From contig CAZQLL010000032.1 in the NCBI GenBank assembly GCA_964594125.1, positions 1-42,406 of the forward strand: a stretch of 42,406 nucleotides of DNA, in the 5' to 3' direction. A program made the position numbers and the translations under genes. This DNA comes from an uncultured Thermoanaerobaculia bacterium. Its GTDB lineage: Bacteria; Acidobacteriota; Thermoanaerobaculia; Thermoanaerobaculales; Thermoanaerobaculaceae. Below the pieces are notes generated by a model, which did not search any database, had not been told where the DNA came from, and was given only the letters and a program-made list of their open reading frames with translations. Shown here piece after piece: positions 28,316-36,359 of this stretch (the first letter of the stretch is position 1; each line of letters starts with the position of its first letter).

Positions 28316-29577
28316 GCCGTCACCGTGCTTCCCGCCGCCACTCGCGCCGGCCAGCGGCCCGGCGGCAGGCCGGCCGCCACCAGACAGCCGCGGCCGATCG
28401 CCATGCCGTCCGGCACCCGCGTCCCCTTGCCGATCACCGTCGCGCCGCAGGAGAGAGAGCGCGGCAGGGTGCCGTTCGGCGCCGCCTCGCCGTCGCCGAC
28501 GAGCGCGCCGGCGCCCACCACCACGCCCTTGTCGAGGATCGCGCGGTCGACCACGGCGCCCGCCGCCACCCGGCAGCCATGCATCAGCACCGAGTCGCGA
28601 ACCACCGCGCCGCGCTCGACCGCCACCCCGGGGGAGAGGATGGAGCGCTCGACCGTGCCCTCGATCGTTGCGCCCGCCCCCACCAGCGACGACACACAGC
28701 GCGAGCCCGGGCGCAGCAGCGCCGGCGGCGGGTCGCCGAGCGTGCCCGCGCGCAGGTTGGTGCGCACCTGCCAGCGCTCGAAGTCGGGGGGATCCTCGCC
28801 GATCGCGTCGATGTTGGCGGCGTAGTAGGCGTCGAGCGTGCGCGCGTACGCCCAGTAGCCGTCGAAGACATGGCCGTACACGCGCGCACCCTCGCGCACC
28901 ATGCGCGGGATCACCTCGCTGTAGAGGTGGAACCCGGTGCTCTCCGCCTGGTTCTCGCGCACCCGCGCGACGAGCGTGCGGGTGTCGAACACGTAGATCG
29001 TCAGCGAGGCGAGGTCGCTCTCCGGCTCGGGCGCCTTCTCCTGGTAGCCGACGATGCGGCCGTCGCCGTCGAGCGTGGCGGTGCCGAACTGGTGCGCCTT
29101 CTCGCGCGGCACCCGCTTGAGCGCGATCGTCAACTCGGCCCGGTTCGCGACGTGGGCGCGGATCATCGGGCGGTAGTCCATCGAGTAGATGTGGTCGCCG
29201 GCGGCGACCAGCACCATCTCCGGGCCGTAGTGCTCGATGAAGTTCAAGTTCTGGTAGATCGCATCCGCGGTGCCCTTGTACCAGTCGGAGTCGGAGAGCC
29301 CCTGGAACGGGGAGAGCACCTTGAGCTCGCGCGTGCGGCCGACGTAGTCCCACGGCTCGCCGCCGCCGAGGTGGGTCTGCAGCGAGTACGGGCGGTACTG
29401 CGACAGCACGCCGACCACCTCGATGCGCGAGTGCATCATGTTGGAGAGCACGAAGTCGATGATGCGGTACATCCCCCAGAAGGGGACTGCGCTCTTCGGC
29501 CGCTGCGCGGTGAGCACCGAGAGCTCGTCGACGCGCCCCCCCGCCAGCACCATCCCGACGATCTGTTTCTTCATCAA
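28312..29577 (-). CDS. glgD: GlgC paralog lacking the catalytic GGxGxR motif (GlgD-like regulatory subunit)
   Basis: Homologous to glgC throughout, but the N-terminus reads LAGGRVDEL instead of LAGGVGSRL. ATGA overlap with glgC. Confidence 0.75.
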   Translation of the reverse strand: MMKKQIVGMVLAGGRVDELSVLTAQRPKSAVPFWGMYRIIDFVLSNMMHSRIEVVGVLSQYRPYSLQTHLGGGEPWDYVGRTRELKVLSPFQGLSDSDWYKGTADAIYQNLNFIEHYGPEMVLVAAGDHIYSMDYRPMIRAHVANRAELTIALKRVPREKAHQFGTATLDGDGRIVGYQEKAPEPESDLASLTIYVFDTRTLVARVRENQAESTGFHLYSEVIPRMVREGARVYGHVFDGYWAYARTLDAYYAANIDAIGEDPPDFERWQVRTNLRAGTLGDPPPALLRPGSRCVSSLVGAGATIEGTVERSILSPGVAVERGAVVRDSVLMHGCRVAAGAVVDRAILDKGVVVGAGALVGDGEAAPNGTLPRSLSCGATVIGKGTRVPDGMAIGRGCLVAAGLPPGRWPARVAAGSTVTA

Positions 29578-29759
29578 GGCGATGCTATCAGAATCCCCAT
29601 GAGATGGCGCTTAGCCGCGATGGAGATTCCGAGCTCTCGCATGCCGACTCTCTTGAGCCCAAACTCCCGCGCTTGCTGACAGAGCCGTGTCGCAGGGTCG
29701 CCTCGCGTCTTGACAAGCCCCCCAATCTGCGATCCTCCCCAACAAGCAAGGAGGCCCAG

Positions 29760-30119
29760 ATGCGGACGATGCGAGTCAGGAAGACCCACAGACTGCTACT
29801 TGCTGGCTTAATAGCGCTCGTCTTGGGGACTCTTCCAGGGGCGATCCAGGCGAACGCTCCAATCAACATCGACTGCGAACCTCCTTCGTGGTGCCCATTT
29901 GACAATTGGTTCTGCTGGATGTTCGCAGAGTGCCACACGGTGGGTGGAGGCGGAGGCGGCGCCACGGACCCGACCCGTTTGTGCAGGGAGTGCATGCAGT
30001 GGTGCGAGGACCAATACGCGGTATGCAGGGGTGCGGCGGAGGGCATTGCTGGCTACGAGAGCTGCGAGGTTGCCTTGGAAAGCTGCGAGACGAGCTGCGT
30101 TTCAGACTTCAACTGCTAG
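29760..30119 (+). CDS. Secreted Cys/Trp-rich mini-protein with a Gly6 linker
   Basis: Perfect SD aaggagg 5 nt before the ATG. Signal peptide MRTMRVRKTHRLLLAGLIALVLGTLPGAIQA. Mature part is about 88 aa with 12 Cys. Lower-GC codon usage. The track start at 29604 is less likely. Confidence 0.6.
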   Translation: MRTMRVRKTHRLLLAGLIALVLGTLPGAIQANAPINIDCEPPSWCPFDNWFCWMFAECHTVGGGGGGATDPTRLCRECMQWCEDQYAVCRGAAEGIAGYESCEVALESCETSCVSDFNC

Positions 30120-30136
30120 AGTAGCAAGGAAGACCA

Positions 30137-30997
30137 GTGAGAAGCTCCGTCATACGCGTGGTTTTGCTGGTGCTCTGGCTCACCGCCTTGTCGGTGTCCT
30201 CTGGTGCAACGGATGTGCCGCGCGAGACGCGCGTCCACTGGACGATGCTTGATTCGATTGAGAGACTACCCGCGGAAAAGCAGCGCGAGCTCCGTTCCGC
30301 AACGGAGATCCCACAGATCACGATCATCCGGAGGAGTGAGTTCCCGTTGATCACGAAGGCCAATCCGCCGGCGGCCGGGGAAGCGATTCGGAGGTCGAAA
30401 ATCGTACTTGTCAATCCTGCATCTCAGGGTATACGGTTCTCGTGGGCGGAGAAGCGCGACTTCGAGAAAGGCAGGGCGGACTACGCTCTCCTCGTTTACT
30501 ATCCCACGCTGGTGCGGGACGAGATCCGTCTGTCCGTGGAGTACCCCATTCTCGGGCGGGACTTCGACTCTTACTTTGCAGCAGCGGCAGAGGCTCGCCG
30601 CAAGGGGTCCCTTGCTGCCGACGGTCAGCTCCTGGTGACCGTCGACTACTCGGGACGAAAGTGGATGCTGACGGTCGAAGATTGGCGACGCGGCCTCTTC
30701 TCGAGCGAGGACAAGGAGTGGCTCAAAGCTGCCGTCGACGGACGACTCAAGACCGCTCTCAACCTTGTTCTTACCGCCGGGTTTGGTCTGCCTGAGCTGC
30801 AGATGGCCTGCGAGTTGGTTGCCCTCCCGATGTTGGGTGACTACGAGCGGTCGTTCAGGTCTGCCGACGAGCTCATCAGGCCACGGGGCAAGCCGGACTG
30901 CGACTTCGACGCGTGGTTCGGCGAGCCATGCTCGTTGGAGCAGCAGATGGAGTTCAAGGTCAGGAAGAACCCGCAGGTGGCCCCTCCAGCGCCCTAG
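30137..30997 (+). CDS. Secreted hypothetical protein (286 aa) co-operonic with the Cys-rich protein
   Basis: GTG start 17 nt after the upstream stop; SD aaggaag. Signal peptide VRSSVIRVVLLVLWLTALSVSSGA. Lower GC than the surroundings. Confidence 0.6.
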   Translation: MRSSVIRVVLLVLWLTALSVSSGATDVPRETRVHWTMLDSIERLPAEKQRELRSATEIPQITIIRRSEFPLITKANPPAAGEAIRRSKIVLVNPASQGIRFSWAEKRDFEKGRADYALLVYYPTLVRDEIRLSVEYPILGRDFDSYFAAAAEARRKGSLAADGQLLVTVDYSGRKWMLTVEDWRRGLFSSEDKEWLKAAVDGRLKTALNLVLTAGFGLPELQMACELVALPMLGDYERSFRSADELIRPRGKPDCDFDAWFGEPCSLEQQMEFKVRKNPQVAPPAP

Positions 30998-31183
30998 CAG
31001 GGACGCTGGCGCCACTGTCGGCGGGGCGAGATCCCGTGCGGTGTAGCTAGCTTTCGCCGGGTGCAGCCTGTCACTGGTCGCAGGTGCGCCGGCAGTTTCG
31101 GGTCAGGCCTGTCGTCTTGCCTCATCGGCAGGGGTGGGTTGCCCGCACGTCGGCTCGACAGCGCCCAGATGCGGAATTGCGCA

Positions 31184-31300
31184 AACCCAGCGGTACATCC
31201 CCCAGAACGGCACCGCGCTCCTCGGCCGCTGCGCGGTGAGCACCGACAGCTCGTCGACCCGTCCGCCCGCCAGCACCATCCCGACGATCTGTTTCCTCAT
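31184..31300 (-). pseudogene. Relic of the glgD 5' end (first about 38 codons), a degenerate duplicate of 29461..29577
   Basis: About 90% nucleotide identity to the glgD start. The 65-aa ORF MRKQIVGMVLAGGRVDELSVLTAQRPRSAVPFWGMYR then diverges. Confidence 0.7.
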
Positions 31301-31528
31301 TGGCTCGATCCTAGCGGCGCGGCGGAGGGGGTGTCAATCGAGCTCGCGGTGGGCGAGGCCGGGCTGACGCTGCGCCGCGACTGTCACCCGCCAACCCCAA
31401 GCCGGCGCCTTCGCGGGTCGCGATAACGGCCTGCCGGGCTCAGGAGGCCTCGGTCGGGACGGCACCGGAGCGATCGAGCTCTCCCATCGCCATTGCGTCT
31501 CGCCCAGGAGTGTCGTACATTGTCTTAC

Positions 31529-31747
31529 ATGAGCGACACCCTGACCATCCGTCTCGACGGTGAGCTGGCGTCCAGGCTTGCGGCGGCGGCACGCGCTTCC
31601 GGCCGCACCCGCAGCGAGGTGGCGCGGGACGCGTTGCGTCGCCAGTTGGCGATCGTGCTCTTCGACCAACTGCGCTCGCGCGTGATGCCGTTCGCCGAGG
31701 CGCGGGGGCTGCTCACCGACGAGGACGTGTTCCGGCTCGTCTCGTGA
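31529..31747 (+). CDS. vapB: Ribbon-helix-helix antitoxin (VapB/CopG-like)
   Basis: MSDTLTIRLDGELASRLAAAARASGRTRSEVARDALRRQL. Its stop overlaps the vapC start (GTGA). A direct repeat TGTCGTACAT/TGTCTTACAT sits at the start codon. Confidence 0.75.
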   Translation: MSDTLTIRLDGELASRLAAAARASGRTRSEVARDALRRQLAIVLFDQLRSRVMPFAEARGLLTDEDVFRLVS

Positions 31748-32154
31748 AGGTCTTTCCCGACACGAACGTACTCGTCGCCGCGTTCGCGACGCGCGGCCTG
31801 TGCGCGGACCTGCTCCGGATCGTACTGGCCGAGCACGAGCTGGTGCTGGGGCAGGTTGTTCTCGTCGAGCTCGAGCGCGTGATGCGCGTGAGGCTCCGCG
31901 TCCCAGAGGCTGTGATCTCCGCCGCCCTCGATCTCCTGCGCGAGTTCCCGGTGGCCGCGGCGACCGGGCCGCTGCCGCGAATCCGCTGTCGCGACAAGGA
32001 CGACCTTGCCGTGCTCGCCTGCGCTCTCGCCGCGGACGCCGAGGTTCTCGTGACCGGCGACCGCGATCTCCTCGTGCTCGCCGGGAAGACGGGCATCCGC
32101 ATCGTCGATCCGCGGGAGCTGTGGACCCTGCTGCGAGGGGAAGCCGGGAGCTGA
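31744..32154 (+). CDS. vapC: PIN-domain toxin
   Basis: FPDTNVLV...D..D..LA.A....LVTGDRDL, with conserved acidic residues. Confidence 0.8.
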   Translation: MKVFPDTNVLVAAFATRGLCADLLRIVLAEHELVLGQVVLVELERVMRVRLRVPEAVISAALDLLREFPVAAATGPLPRIRCRDKDDLAVLACALAADAEVLVTGDRDLLVLAGKTGIRIVDPRELWTLLRGEAGS

Positions 32155-32158
32155 TGCG

Positions 32159-32620
32159 ATGGGCGGGGCGAGGAGCACTGGCAGGCGCAGCTCCCGATCG
32201 GCGCGGGTGCACGGCGAGGTGCAGGGGCGGGCGGGCAGCGTGTTTGCGGCGGTACACGCGCTGGTGCGGGCGATCCCGCGCGGGCGGGTGATGACCTACG
32301 GGCAGATCTCGGTGCTGCTCGGCAGCCGCATCTCGCCGGCGGCGGTGGGGTGGGCGATGCACGGCAGCCCCGCCGACGTGCCGTGGCACCGCGTCGTCAA
32401 CGCCGCGGGAGGCTGCTCGACCGACCGCATGCCCGACATCCCGCCGGGAACGCAGCGCGCTCTGCTGCAGGCCGAGGGGGTCGAGTTCCGCCTCGACGGC
32501 ACCATCGAGGTCGAGCGGTACCGATGGTCGCCTGCGTCGGCGGCAGGCGCGAGTCGTCGAGCGTCCTGCAGCCGTCCCGGGGTTCGTCCTCGGGGTTCGC
32601 CCTCCTCGGAAACCCCGTGA
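32159..32620 (+). CDS. Alkyltransferase-like protein (ATL, YbaZ/Atl1-type; MGMT fold with Trp replacing the acceptor Cys)
   Basis: VMTYGQIS...PWHRVVNAAG...ERYRW; PWHRV in place of PCHRV. ATG 4 nt after the vapC stop, with SD gggag. Confidence 0.8.
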   Translation: MGGARSTGRRSSRSARVHGEVQGRAGSVFAAVHALVRAIPRGRVMTYGQISVLLGSRISPAAVGWAMHGSPADVPWHRVVNAAGGCSTDRMPDIPPGTQRALLQAEGVEFRLDGTIEVERYRWSPASAAGASRRASCSRPGVRPRGSPSSETP

Positions 32621-32753
32621 GCCGCGGCGCCCCCTGGAGCGTGTAGGAGACCAGGAGGGCCGGCGCCCCCGCCGGCCCGGACGCCGCCAAGGCGGTTCCT
32701 CGCGCGGGCGGGGGCGCCCGCGCTCCCCGCCTTTCGGGAGGATCCTCCTGAGC

Positions 32754-32817
32754 GATGACACGGTGGCGGCTTCCCGGAGCGACTGGATGACACGGTGGCG
32801 GCTGGCCGGAGCGACTG
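32754..32817 (+). repeat. 32-bp tandem duplication (two units, two mismatches)
   Basis: gatgacacggtggcggcttcccggagcgactg / gatgacacggtggcggctggccggagcgactg. Lies in the convergent ATL/mobBA intergenic region. Confidence 0.6.
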
Positions 32818-32827
32818 GCGGCGGAGG

Positions 32828-33961
32828 TCACTCATCGCCGAGGCGGACGAGGTCGGCCGGCGCGTTGACGTTGTAAAACGCGCGGCGCAGCGATTCCGGC
32901 GGCGCCGGCGTCGCCACCTTCGGGTGCGGCGCGACGAGGCGCGGCGCCGGGCTGGCGCCGCGCGCGACCTCTTCGAGCAGCTCGCGCGCCTGAGGCTCGT
33001 AGAGTGCGAGCAGCGGCTCGAGCATGCCGTCGTGTAGGCTCGGCACTGCCGCCCAGCGGCCCGGCCGGCGCTCGGCCAGCAGCCAGCGCACCGTGTCCGC
33101 GTCGGCGTACGGCAGGTCGCAGGCGGCGAAGAGCCATGCCGTATGCGGCTGCCAGCGCATCGCCGCCAGCATGCCGGCGAGCGGGCCGATCACGTCGGTG
33201 ATGTCGGGCAGACGCGGCAGGCCCGCGGCACGCGCCGGCACCTCGCCACTGCCGATCAGCGCGACGCCGGCGACGTGACCGGCGACGGCGCCGAGCAGGC
33301 GGTCGAGATAGGTGGCCCCGCCGTGCCGGAGCAGGTGTTTCGGACTCCCCATGCGGGTGCTGCCGCCGCCGATCAGGATCCCTGCCCACACCGGCACCGA
33401 CGACCACGCCGCGGGGAGCCAGTCGTCGAGCACGCCGGCGAAGATCGCGTCGCGGTGCGCGCCCCACGGGAGGACCTGGAGCACGCCGGTGACGTCGGGC
33501 GGCGGCTCGGGCTCGCGCTCGCTCGCCAGCCACACCTTCGGCAGCGGCGTCGCCTTGTGCCCCTCGACGAGCACGAGGTCGTGGCGGGCGGCGAGGTCGG
33601 TCAGCGCCGCGGCGAGCGAGCGCTGGTGACGGCCGTGGCGGCGCTCGATCGACTCGCCCGGGCCGATCAGGATGACGTCGGCGCCGGCGCGGAACAGCCG
33701 GTCGGAGTCCTTGCCCGAACGGTCGACGTCGAGTCCGTGCACGTCGTGCTTGACGACGGCGACGCGCAGCCCGGCCGCCACGAGGCGCGGGATCGCCGCC
33801 TCGAGCAGCGTCGTCTTGCCGGAGCCGCTCCAGCCGCACACGCCGAGCACCGGCCCTGCAGGCACGGACAGCGGGGTGCGGGTGCCGTTCGCCGCCGTCA
33901 TGACGGTTGCAAGTGTAGCCCGGGGGGGAAGCGTGACCTCGCCGCCGCTCCTCGCCGGCAC
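32828..33961 (-). CDS. mobAB: MobB-MobA fusion (MoCo guanylyltransferase with accessory GTP-binding domain)
   Basis: MobB P-loop GVCGWSGSGKTTLL...VKHD. MobA motif AGILIGGGSTRMG..K. The start is probably ATG 33901. Confidence 0.75.
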   Translation of the reverse strand: MPARSGGEVTLPPRATLATVMTAANGTRTPLSVPAGPVLGVCGWSGSGKTTLLEAAIPRLVAAGLRVAVVKHDVHGLDVDRSGKDSDRLFRAGADVILIGPGESIERRHGRHQRSLAAALTDLAARHDLVLVEGHKATPLPKVWLASEREPEPPPDVTGVLQVLPWGAHRDAIFAGVLDDWLPAAWSSVPVWAGILIGGGSTRMGSPKHLLRHGGATYLDRLLGAVAGHVAGVALIGSGEVPARAAGLPRLPDITDVIGPLAGMLAAMRWQPHTAWLFAACDLPYADADTVRWLLAERRPGRWAAVPSLHDGMLEPLLALYEPQARELLEEVARGASPAPRLVAPHPKVATPAPPESLRRAFYNVNAPADLVRLGDE

Positions 33962-33966
33962 GGCGG

Positions 33967-34914
33967 GTGGGGCCGTACGATCTCGTCCGCCGCGTCCTCT
34001 CGGGCGGTAGACTGGCCGGCGTGGGATACGTGACGGCAGCCGGCGGCGCGCGCGAGTTCCGGCCTGCGGCGGCGCCCCGCACCGCGCGCCTGGTGCTCGG
34101 CGCGGTGATGCTCGCGCTGGTGACGGCGCTGGGGGTGGTCGTTCCGGCGATCGTCTGGCTGCCGCGCGCGATCCGCTACGAGGTGTCGCCGGGAGCGCTC
34201 ACGGTCATGCTGCGCGCCGGCTGGTGGCGTCTTGGCCGTGAGGTGCCGCGCGCCGCGATCACCGCGGTGCGGCCGGTCGAGCTCGGGCGCGGCCGCCGCA
34301 GGGTGGGCAGCGCGATTCCGGGGTACTGCGTCGGCGCTTTCACTTTCGACGATCTCGGGCCGGTGTGGCTGGCCACCTCCTGCGGGCGCCGGGCCGTGCT
34401 CGTCGAGGCCGCCGGCCAGGCGCGGCCGACGGTGATCTCTCCCGCCGACCGCGACGCGTTCCTCGCGGCGCTGGTGGAAGGCCGTGAGGCGACATTCTCG
34501 CCGCCGCCGGGGACCCCGATGGCGGGGTGGACGGCGGTCAAGGTGCTCTCGTTCGTCCCACTCCTGCTGCTCCCGCTGCTCGTCGCGACGTTCTTCGTCG
34601 CGCCGGGGCGGCTGCGGTACGCGGTGGAGCACGGCGAGCTGGCGGTGCGCACGCTCATCGCGACGCGCCGTTTCCCGCTCGCCGGGGCATCGGCTCGCCG
34701 CTTCACGCCCGGTCGGATTCTCAAGGTCGCCGGCAACGGGTTGCCCGGCTACTACACGGGTCTGTTCCGCGTCGAGGGCGCGAGCGCGCGGGTGTACGCG
34801 ACGCGCCTGACGGACGGCGTGCTCATCGACGGGGCGCGGCGCGTGTTCGTCACCCCCGACGACGCCGAGGGCTTTCTGGCAGAGCTGCTCCGCCATGGCG
34901 CGCGGGTCGGTTAG
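33967..34914 (+). CDS. Membrane protein with two tandem bacterial PH-like domains (internal duplication)
   Basis: Two similar halves, each a TM pair plus a beta-rich domain (GYCVGAFTFDDLGPV... and GYYTGLFRVEGASARVYATR...). The start is uncertain and overlaps the mobAB 5' end on the opposite strand. Confidence 0.5.
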   Translation: MGPYDLVRRVLSGGRLAGVGYVTAAGGAREFRPAAAPRTARLVLGAVMLALVTALGVVVPAIVWLPRAIRYEVSPGALTVMLRAGWWRLGREVPRAAITAVRPVELGRGRRRVGSAIPGYCVGAFTFDDLGPVWLATSCGRRAVLVEAAGQARPTVISPADRDAFLAALVEGREATFSPPPGTPMAGWTAVKVLSFVPLLLLPLLVATFFVAPGRLRYAVEHGELAVRTLIATRRFPLAGASARRFTPGRILKVAGNGLPGYYTGLFRVEGASARVYATRLTDGVLIDGARRVFVTPDDAEGFLAELLRHGARVG

Positions 34915-35522
34915 GCTTCGGCTGCCGTCTTCTTCTCGAGCGTCACGATGCGGAAGACGCCACTGAGGAGGGCTGGCTCGTCGTGGGTCACGGTCAACCG
35001 CGCGCCGCTCTCGCCGAGGATGTCGGCGAGCCGACGGTTGACGTCGGTGCCGATCGCGCGGGTGACGAGGTTGAGCGCCCGGCGCCACACCGACGGGTGG
35101 GCGCCATCGGGGAGGAACTTGTCGAACACCGCAATGCGCCCGCCGGGGCGCAGCACTCGCGCCGCCTCGCGCAGGCAGGCGACCGGGTCGGGCACGATGG
35201 CGAGGACGAGGTGGAGGATGACAGCGTCGAACGCCGCGTCGGGGAGCGCCAGGTTCTGGCCGTCCATCACCTCGAGACGGGTCCCCGGACGCTTGCCGGC
35301 GGCGCGGGCGAGCATCGCGGCGGTGAACTCGGTGGCGACCACGTCGAGGTCGGCGGGGAGGAACGGCAGGTCGGCGCCGGTGCCGGCGCCGACCAGCAGC
35401 ACCCGCTCTCCCGGTTGCAGGCGCAGCAGCGCGATCGAGCGGCGGCGCTGGCGGTCGAGCCGCACCAGCGCGTCGTAGAACGGCGCGTACAGGCTCCAGC
35501 GGATGCGATGAAGACGGCTCAC
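34911..35522 (-). CDS. Class I SAM-dependent methyltransferase
   Basis: Motif I VLLVGAGTGAD; post-I DVVATEF; motif II AFDAVILHLVLA. Confidence 0.75.
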   Translation of the reverse strand: MSRLHRIRWSLYAPFYDALVRLDRQRRRSIALLRLQPGERVLLVGAGTGADLPFLPADLDVVATEFTAAMLARAAGKRPGTRLEVMDGQNLALPDAAFDAVILHLVLAIVPDPVACLREAARVLRPGGRIAVFDKFLPDGAHPSVWRRALNLVTRAIGTDVNRRLADILGESGARLTVTHDEPALLSGVFRIVTLEKKTAAEA

Positions 35523-35541
35523 GGGAGTGCCTCGGGGTCGA

Positions 35542-36237
35542 TCAGAACGGCTGCCCGACGGCGCCGGCGAGGAAACGCATGAACGGCGCGGCGGTGCGGC
35601 ACAGGCCGGTGAAGCGGGCGAGGAGGTCGGGCGCCATCGCCTGCTCCTCGTCGAGGTCAGCCATCGCCACGAAGTCCTTGCGCCTGATGTCCGCGATCAG
35701 CGGGTGCGCCGGGTCGAACCCCTGCGGCGGGCGCTTGAGCGACTCGCCGCCGAGCGTGAACGCGCGCCGGAACGCACGGTCGCCGACGGCGCCGCGCCAC
35801 GCGTCGGGATCGGCGACGAGCGCGGCGCGCAGCGCGGCCAGCGTCGGGCCGTCCGGGTGCCAGATGCCGACGCCGACGAAGCAGGAGCCGAGCTCGAGGT
35901 GGAGGTAGAACCCGGGTGCGTGCACGTCCTTCGCGGCGCGGTGCCGGAACTGCGCCGCGGCGTGCGTCTTGTACGGGCTCTTGTCGGCCGAGAAGCGGAC
36001 GTCGCGGTGGATGCGGAACATCGAGCCGCCCTGCGGCCGCGGGTCGGCGACGAAGTGCGGGCTGATCTTCGCGAGCTCCGGTGCGAAGTCGGCGATGAAG
36101 CGCAGCAGCGGCTCCTGGACGGCGGCGCGGTAGCGCGCCCTGTTCGCGTCGAACCACGCCCGCTCGTTGTGCACGCTGAGCTCGGCGAGGAAGCGAAAGA
36201 GCTCGGGTGTGAAGTACGGCTGATCGCTCACGGCCAC
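35542..36237 (-). CDS. DUF2461 / TIGR02453 family protein
   Basis: Hallmark MFRIHRDVRFSADKSPYKTH and FTPELFRFLAELSVHNERAWF. GTG start; SD gggagg. Confidence 0.8.
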   Translation of the reverse strand: MAVSDQPYFTPELFRFLAELSVHNERAWFDANRARYRAAVQEPLLRFIADFAPELAKISPHFVADPRPQGGSMFRIHRDVRFSADKSPYKTHAAAQFRHRAAKDVHAPGFYLHLELGSCFVGVGIWHPDGPTLAALRAALVADPDAWRGAVGDRAFRRAFTLGGESLKRPPQGFDPAHPLIADIRRKDFVAMADLDEEQAMAPDLLARFTGLCRTAAPFMRFLAGAVGQPF

Positions 36238-36316
36238 CTCCCGCTGGCGCCGCGACCGGCGTGTGCGCGCCAGCGCCGTCCGATTTCAGGTGCGGCTGCG
36301 TTTCGGTCTGCGCCAA

Positions 36317-36358
36317 CCACGACCCACGACCCACGACCAACGAACCACGACCTACGAC
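36317..36358 (+). repeat. Tandem heptamer array CCACGAC x6 (minus strand GTCGTGG)
   Basis: ccacgac ccacgac ccacgac caacgaa ccacgac ctacgac. Lies between the M28 stop and the DUF2461 start. Confidence 0.6.
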
Positions 36359-36359
36359 C

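Noticed and set aside
29941-29960. GGAGGC x3 micro-repeat
   Set aside because: It lies inside the coding region and simply encodes the Gly6 linker.
29760-30119. Possible haem-binding or RiPP nature of the Cys-rich peptide (AECH string)
   Set aside because: CWMFAECH is CX5CH, not canonical CXXCH. A Sec signal peptide and the absence of an adjacent maturase argue against a RiPP precursor. It is kept as a secreted disulfide-rich protein.
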